From Opitutales bacterium (GTDB taxonomy: Bacteria; Verrucomicrobiota; Verrucomicrobiia; Opitutales; JABSRG01): a stretch of DNA of 10,522 nt. The stretch spans positions 1 to 10,522 of the forward strand of contig JBMYOQ010000112.1 of NCBI GenBank assembly GCA_049599475.1, in the 5' to 3' direction. The position numbers and the translations under genes are program-made. The notes beneath the pieces were generated by a model. That model did no database searches. It saw only the letters and a program-made list of their open reading frames with translations, and was not told where the DNA came from. Of the stretch, positions 7,501 through 10,522 are shown piece by piece; the first letter of the stretch is position 1; each line of letters begins with the position of its first letter.

Positions 7501-9970
7501 GCATCCAGACACCACTACCGAACAGTTCGTCTACAAAGATCTAGATTTGGAGGCTGTAAAAGACCGCAACGGTAATTGGACGCGCTACGGGTATGATGCG
7601 AATCGCCAGCTTGTTTTTCAGCAAGACCCTGAGGGAAATATTACTGCAACGGAGTGGTGTCGCTGTGGAGATATTCGCAAGGTTATAGACCCTAAGAAGA
7701 ATGTCACCCAATGGAAGCGCGATGCCCAAGGGCGTCCATACGAAAAAATTTATCCAGATGGCACTAAAACCACTTACACCTACCAAGCACACAGTGGAAA
7801 TTTAGAAACGATCACGTATGCGAACGATCAAGCGAGCGGTCAGCCAACGGTCACATACAAATATTACATCGATGGCACCTTAGCATCTGCTGATTACACT
7901 GATCCTGATACTCCCGATGTTTCATACGCATACAATGATCCTCTGGCGCGCCTCACCAGTCACACCGACCAGCTCGGCACGACTGCTTACAGCTACGTGC
8001 CGTTCAACGGGAATCAAGCTGGAGCCGGAGCGCCTTATGAAACAAATGGTCCATGGGCCGATGATAATATTCGGTTCTCTTACGATTGGCGCAATCGCCT
8101 GAACAAACGCGAAATCTTAGACGATGTGGTGGCTGTCCCTGGCGTCCTCCACAGCGTCGAATGGCAGTTTGATTCACTGGGCCGTGTAATGAACGAAGTC
8201 AACGACCTTGGAACGTTCACCAACGTCTACAACTCAGGCAACCTTTCTGCGAGAGCCGACGCGGTGCAGTATCCGTCTTCTACAGGAATTACCGCGTCCT
8301 ACGATTATTACGCGATCACCGGATCCGCTAATGATAATCGATTAAAGGAAATTCACTATACCGGAAACGGAGGCTCTACACTGAGCAAATACAGCTATGA
8401 GTTCGATCCCGCTGGACGCATCAAAAAATGGACTCAGCAGCAAGGCGCAACGACTGCCGCTATCAAACATCACACTTTCGACTACGATAAAGCATCTCAG
8501 CTCACTGAAGCCGTTATTACGAATAACGGAGGCACAACTTTGGATTCATGGTCTTGGCAATACGATCCTGCCGGAAATCGTCAGCGAGAAAGTGAGGGCT
8601 CTGGCTCTGATTATTCGCAATACAACAACCTGAATCAACTCTCCCAAATCGGAGGCGACGGCACCACCCTGATTGAGGGTACTATCGACGAACTAGCCCT
8701 CGTAAATGTCAACGGAAGCTCTGCTGAAGTGACGAGTCTTGCAGGAGGTGGTTTCCGCTTCCGCAAAGAAGTTCCAGTCACTGAAGGCAGCAATACCGTG
8801 ACGGTCGAAGCCACCGATGCTTCAGGAAACACCGCGAGCCAAAGCTATGCAATCACGGTCGGTGGTGTTCAGAAGGTTTTGGAATACGATTTAAACGGAA
8901 ACCTTCGCTACGAAAAGGACAGCTTTGGAAGTGTATTACGAGAGTTCCAATGGGATGCTAAGAACCGCCTTATTGCAATTATTGATGGTGCCCAGATAAG
9001 CGAATTCGAATACGACGGCTTGGATCGTAGAGTTCGAATAATCGAAACAGAAAATTCGGTCGAAGTGTCAAATGATGTGTTTATTTGGATCGGTGGCCGA
9101 ATCGTCCAGAAAAGAAATGCTACGGCGACAGCGTTAGTCCGCAATTTTTACAACAGAGGTTTCAGTGAAGGAAGTAGTGATTACTTCCTAACAAAAGACC
9201 ACCTCGGAAGTATTCGTGAAGTTGTTGCCGCTAATGGAGCGACGGTCGAATCGCGCTATGAATACAACTCATGGGGTGAATTCACGAAGACCGCCGGAAT
9301 AGGTGCTGAAAGCGACTTCCTCTATACCGGACATTTGTATCATACTGAAAGCGAACTTTTCCTTGCTCAATATCGTGCTTATAATTCGGAAAACGGTCGT
9401 TGGCTTAACCGAGATCCTGCTGGGTTCATTGATGGCCCTAACCTTTACCGATATGGCCTGAATGATCCAATCGGGAAATTCGACAACAATGGACTATGGG
9501 TGAATTTTGCTATTGGAGCCGGGATCGGATTGGGTTTTGAGGCTGCGGCTCAGATCATTAGTGGAGAGTTTAATCCTCGAGCATTGGTCGTTTCGACTTT
9601 GACCGGAGCATTAACCGGAGGAGTTGGGGCTGGAATAGCGAAAGGAATTGTTGGTAACGGTCTGCGTCAAATCGCCGGAAGAGGGGCATTGAATGCGGGA
9701 GTTGGTGCAGGTGCCGGCGCACTCGGTGCCGCGGCAAACTGCGACGATATCGTTGATGGTGCGGTATCGGGATTGGTTTCTGGAGCAGCTGGCTCTGTGC
9801 TTGGAGACCTTGGCGGTTCGGCGGCGCGTAATGCTCTGACCGATCGCTATGCGACTGTTGCTGGTGGTGCGGGTGAGACTGTGACTGATGCTCTTGGGGA
9901 TGCAGGAGAGATTGTAACAGGGACAATAATCTCAGGTGTTACATCTGGTGTATCTACTTTTGTACCATGA
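4556..9970 (+). CDS. RHS/YD-repeat polymorphic toxin with signal peptide, TPR-like region, peptidase C39-like domain, inserted Ig-like domain, RHS-associated core and glycine-rich C-terminal payload
   Basis: 1804-aa ORF with signal peptide MKLYSSLSVALAAGALSALSGQLTA and numerous YD repeats (YDGFGRV, YDNFDRV, YDANRQL, YDPAGNR, YDLNGNL, YDGLDRR). Core: DHLGSIR...YEYNSWGE...YTGH...YRAYNSENGRWLNRDPAG..DGPNLYRYGLNDPIGKFDNNGL. Confidence 0.95.
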   Translation: MKLYSSLSVALAAGALSALSGQLTAKEETKKFVPADAFKEVWVPPAPVKTKDITQPKRGARAQKPDVTLKLERTPSMKSLESARLLRKPLRATKEVPSEKERREVAKLLKRLDADGGHFNTANCAKIEKFVSDNPDSPFNVSLLLEKSRIEWTHGYFTLALDSLRDAWAIESADLTDEAARLRDIAFAELAEKLGNLGQREELRSLIAEAKERTLGGTAAEALIKAEEVLWFFDNQAEQNVFCGFTATNAVCVPLGHKPIFPDVHDEQEEREFIENGLSLYELRAHSHEAGGDIELYKRGNSKGIPVPSVIHWNFNHYSAITEQDGDLYRVKDFHLKVDTWVTLDALELQMSGYFAMSASVSVPAGFEPVDDAEAKTIFGRHCTHGRGDEGSDNGGGGNEDDCAMATYSFRFLNPGLELHDTPISYSPPYGPSINFKLNYDQRSTSIPDIQDFGNFGPRWTHNYLSYVDIVGSGTPASSVEVVFGDGTYFSYSYNTSAGTYTTAYGDRPRLDYIAAGAGGPAYQMTYNDGSIKIFGQGDSGSPTRFFLTEISDPQDNSVTLQYDANLRITSIFDALGQETTLSYTPDAGANVASDTDKIRSITDPFNRTALFKYTASGQLFQIIDPEGIVSEFSYDNGDFIDAFTTPYGTWTIDFGTVPNTTNNVNGLYIEVTDPYGDKERVEQFDASLSQYNPSGTETLAPSSVDVDGSSVSFMPKNSDLGWRNTFHWDKQQMQYHAGDYSKATVHNWLAENNTIVGVKASIKRPEEGRVWFNYPGQTSSHAPGTFDSPSKIVRAVEDETGTQTWSMSQNEYDANYGKLSKTIDPLGREVVYEYNPLGTVPGAITGIDLTAMKVKNASGSYETITSYSDYVGGLPQTITEASGLVTSYLYNTEGQTTQITLSKGGNSEVTKFIYDEDLDGTPDARGYLIEVQTTDPENPSGFVTVSRYTYDGFGRVRTETNVDGYTLTFDYDNFDRVTLISHPDTTTEQFVYKDLDLEAVKDRNGNWTRYGYDANRQLVFQQDPEGNITATEWCRCGDIRKVIDPKKNVTQWKRDAQGRPYEKIYPDGTKTTYTYQAHSGNLETITYANDQASGQPTVTYKYYIDGTLASADYTDPDTPDVSYAYNDPLARLTSHTDQLGTTAYSYVPFNGNQAGAGAPYETNGPWADDNIRFSYDWRNRLNKREILDDVVAVPGVLHSVEWQFDSLGRVMNEVNDLGTFTNVYNSGNLSARADAVQYPSSTGITASYDYYAITGSANDNRLKEIHYTGNGGSTLSKYSYEFDPAGRIKKWTQQQGATTAAIKHHTFDYDKASQLTEAVITNNGGTTLDSWSWQYDPAGNRQRESEGSGSDYSQYNNLNQLSQIGGDGTTLIEGTIDELALVNVNGSSAEVTSLAGGGFRFRKEVPVTEGSNTVTVEATDASGNTASQSYAITVGGVQKVLEYDLNGNLRYEKDSFGSVLREFQWDAKNRLIAIIDGAQISEFEYDGLDRRVRIIETENSVEVSNDVFIWIGGRIVQKRNATATALVRNFYNRGFSEGSSDYFLTKDHLGSIREVVAANGATVESRYEYNSWGEFTKTAGIGAESDFLYTGHLYHTESELFLAQYRAYNSENGRWLNRDPAGFIDGPNLYRYGLNDPIGKFDNNGLWVNFAIGAGIGLGFEAAAQIISGEFNPRALVVSTLTGALTGGVGAGIAKGIVGNGLRQIAGRGALNAGVGAGAGALGAAANCDDIVDGAVSGLVSGAAGSVLGDLGGSAARNALTDRYATVAGGAGETVTDALGDAGEIVTGTIISGVTSGVSTFVP
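5270..5630 (+). other. Peptidase C39-like domain in the Rhs protein, with candidate triad C243/H317/D333
   Basis: FCG (Cys codon 5282-5284), GLSLYEL, and IPVPSVIHWNFNHYSAI (His 5504-5506)...YRVKD (Asp 5552-5554). The P.I.HW...HY...D pattern and the 16-residue His-Asp spacing match C39 peptidase domains of PCAT/ComA-type transporters. Confidence 0.75.
8651..8860 (+). other. Ig-like beta-sandwich domain inserted within a YD repeat
   Basis: aa 1366-1435 GGDGTTLIEGTIDELALVNVNG...FRKEVPVTEGSNTVTVEATDASGNTASQSYAITV, placed between YNNLNQLSQI and LEYDLNGNL. G.NT.TV.ATD..GN is a typical bacterial Ig-like motif. Confidence 0.8.
9197..9496 (+). other. RHS repeat-associated core with aspartyl autoprotease residues; predicted cleavage after L1647
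   Basis: RD (D1620, 9413-9415) and D1643 (9482-9484) are 23 residues apart and are followed by xxGL, as in the catalytic dyad of Tc-C/Rhs cores. The motif reads PIGKFDNNGL instead of PxxxxDPxGL. Confidence 0.85.
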
Positions 9971-10170
9971 AAACCATAAAACTATCCATTTTGCTCTCAG
10001 GTCTCACTTCGTTTGGGATATTTGTAGTGGGCATGTTTAAAGTATTTATTCTTGGCCAAGAGATACCTGTTGAAAGAATTTTTTCTGCAACAGCTTTCTC
10101 ATTGGTCTTCATGTTCGTAATATTTCTTTCCATCTTTGGTTATCTGATGAGGCGAAAGTCTAAGTTGTAG
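9967..10170 (+). CDS. Small two-TM membrane protein; putative cognate immunity protein
   Basis: 67 aa. ATGA overlap with the rhs stop codon (9967-9970). Two hydrophobic segments (aa ~6-29 and ~38-60) and a basic tail RRKSKL. AT-rich (20/60 G+C at 10021-10080). Sits in the canonical immunity position. Confidence 0.75.
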   Translation: MKTIKLSILLSGLTSFGIFVVGMFKVFILGQEIPVERIFSATAFSLVFMFVIFLSIFGYLMRRKSKL

Positions 10171-10209
10171 GATGTCCGCCGATGTTTAAAATCATATAGT
10201 GGAAGCGCA

Positions 10210-10470
10210 TTGGCTTATTATGATCGAAGTTTCGTTTTGAGAATGGAAGCTCCAAGGTATATCTATGGTAAAATAGAACCGATATCGCCTACCCAACTAT
10301 GGAAAATTAGTCCTAACGAATCAGGGGTTTTAGGGTATGAATTCGAGTCGGCACTCCAGGATTTCGAGGATTTCTTCGAGGGTTTTAATGGATTCGATGA
10401 GACGTTTTATCCGCTTGGCGATTTTCTTGGGGACAAGACCTTAGAGCATTTCTCAAAAGTATTTTCCTAA
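10210..10470 (+). CDS. Small acidic/aromatic hypothetical protein (start uncertain; possible orphan immunity gene or remnant)
   Basis: 86-aa ORF from TTG 10210, with an alternative ATG at 10243. Phe/Asp/Glu-rich, co-oriented and downstream of the toxin-immunity pair. No recognisable motif. Confidence 0.4.
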   Translation: MAYYDRSFVLRMEAPRYIYGKIEPISPTQLWKISPNESGVLGYEFESALQDFEDFFEGFNGFDETFYPLGDFLGDKTLEHFSKVFS

Positions 10471-10522
10471 ATAATACCGATTCTAAAAATTAAAGAGCCT
10501 TAAGGTTGTCTAAGAAGCGTTT

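Noticed and set aside
74..9926. Numerous 60-166 aa ORFs on the minus strand and in alternative plus frames (e.g. 2416-2916, 6266-6628, 6582-7070, 9570-9926)
   Set aside because: All lie wholly or mostly within long ORFs that have coherent domain content, and none shows a recognisable motif. They are best explained as shadow ORFs.
10471..10522. Terminator after the last ORF (palindrome CCTTAAGG at 10498-10505)
   Set aside because: Too short, with no loop and no U-tract. The window ends before any real terminator could be judged.

Overview
The window holds one co-oriented (+ strand), operon-like cluster that looks like a Sec-exported Rhs polymorphic-toxin system with no T6SS parts in view. In order: (1) a 267-aa secreted hypothetical protein (162-965); (2) a 1186-aa very acidic secreted multidomain protein with DxDxDG/TSP3-like Ca-binding repeats, a nidogen-like domain, Ig-like domains and a pectin-lyase-like beta-helix (974-4534); (3) an 1804-aa Rhs/YD protein with a signal peptide, a TPR-like helical region, an apparently intact peptidase C39-like domain, an Ig-like domain inserted in the YD barrel, an Rhs core and a 157-aa glycine-zipper C-terminal payload (4556-9970); (4) a translationally coupled 67-aa two-TM candidate immunity protein (9967-10170); (5) a doubtful small acidic ORF (10210-10470). 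Two mechanistic leads stand out. The large protein ends in an orphan Ig A-strand (DTTAPLITLGKPPEAVLL) while the Ig insert in the Rhs protein seems to lack that strand, suggesting inter-protein beta-strand complementation that docks an adhesin onto the toxin shell. The C39 domain is directly followed by a double-glycine-leader-like sequence, suggesting cis autoprocessing. A tandem 36-bp operator-like repeat lies upstream. Domain style and SD-less pyrimidine-rich starts suggest Verrucomicrobiota, but this is inference only. All domain calls come from motif recognition by eye, not database searches.
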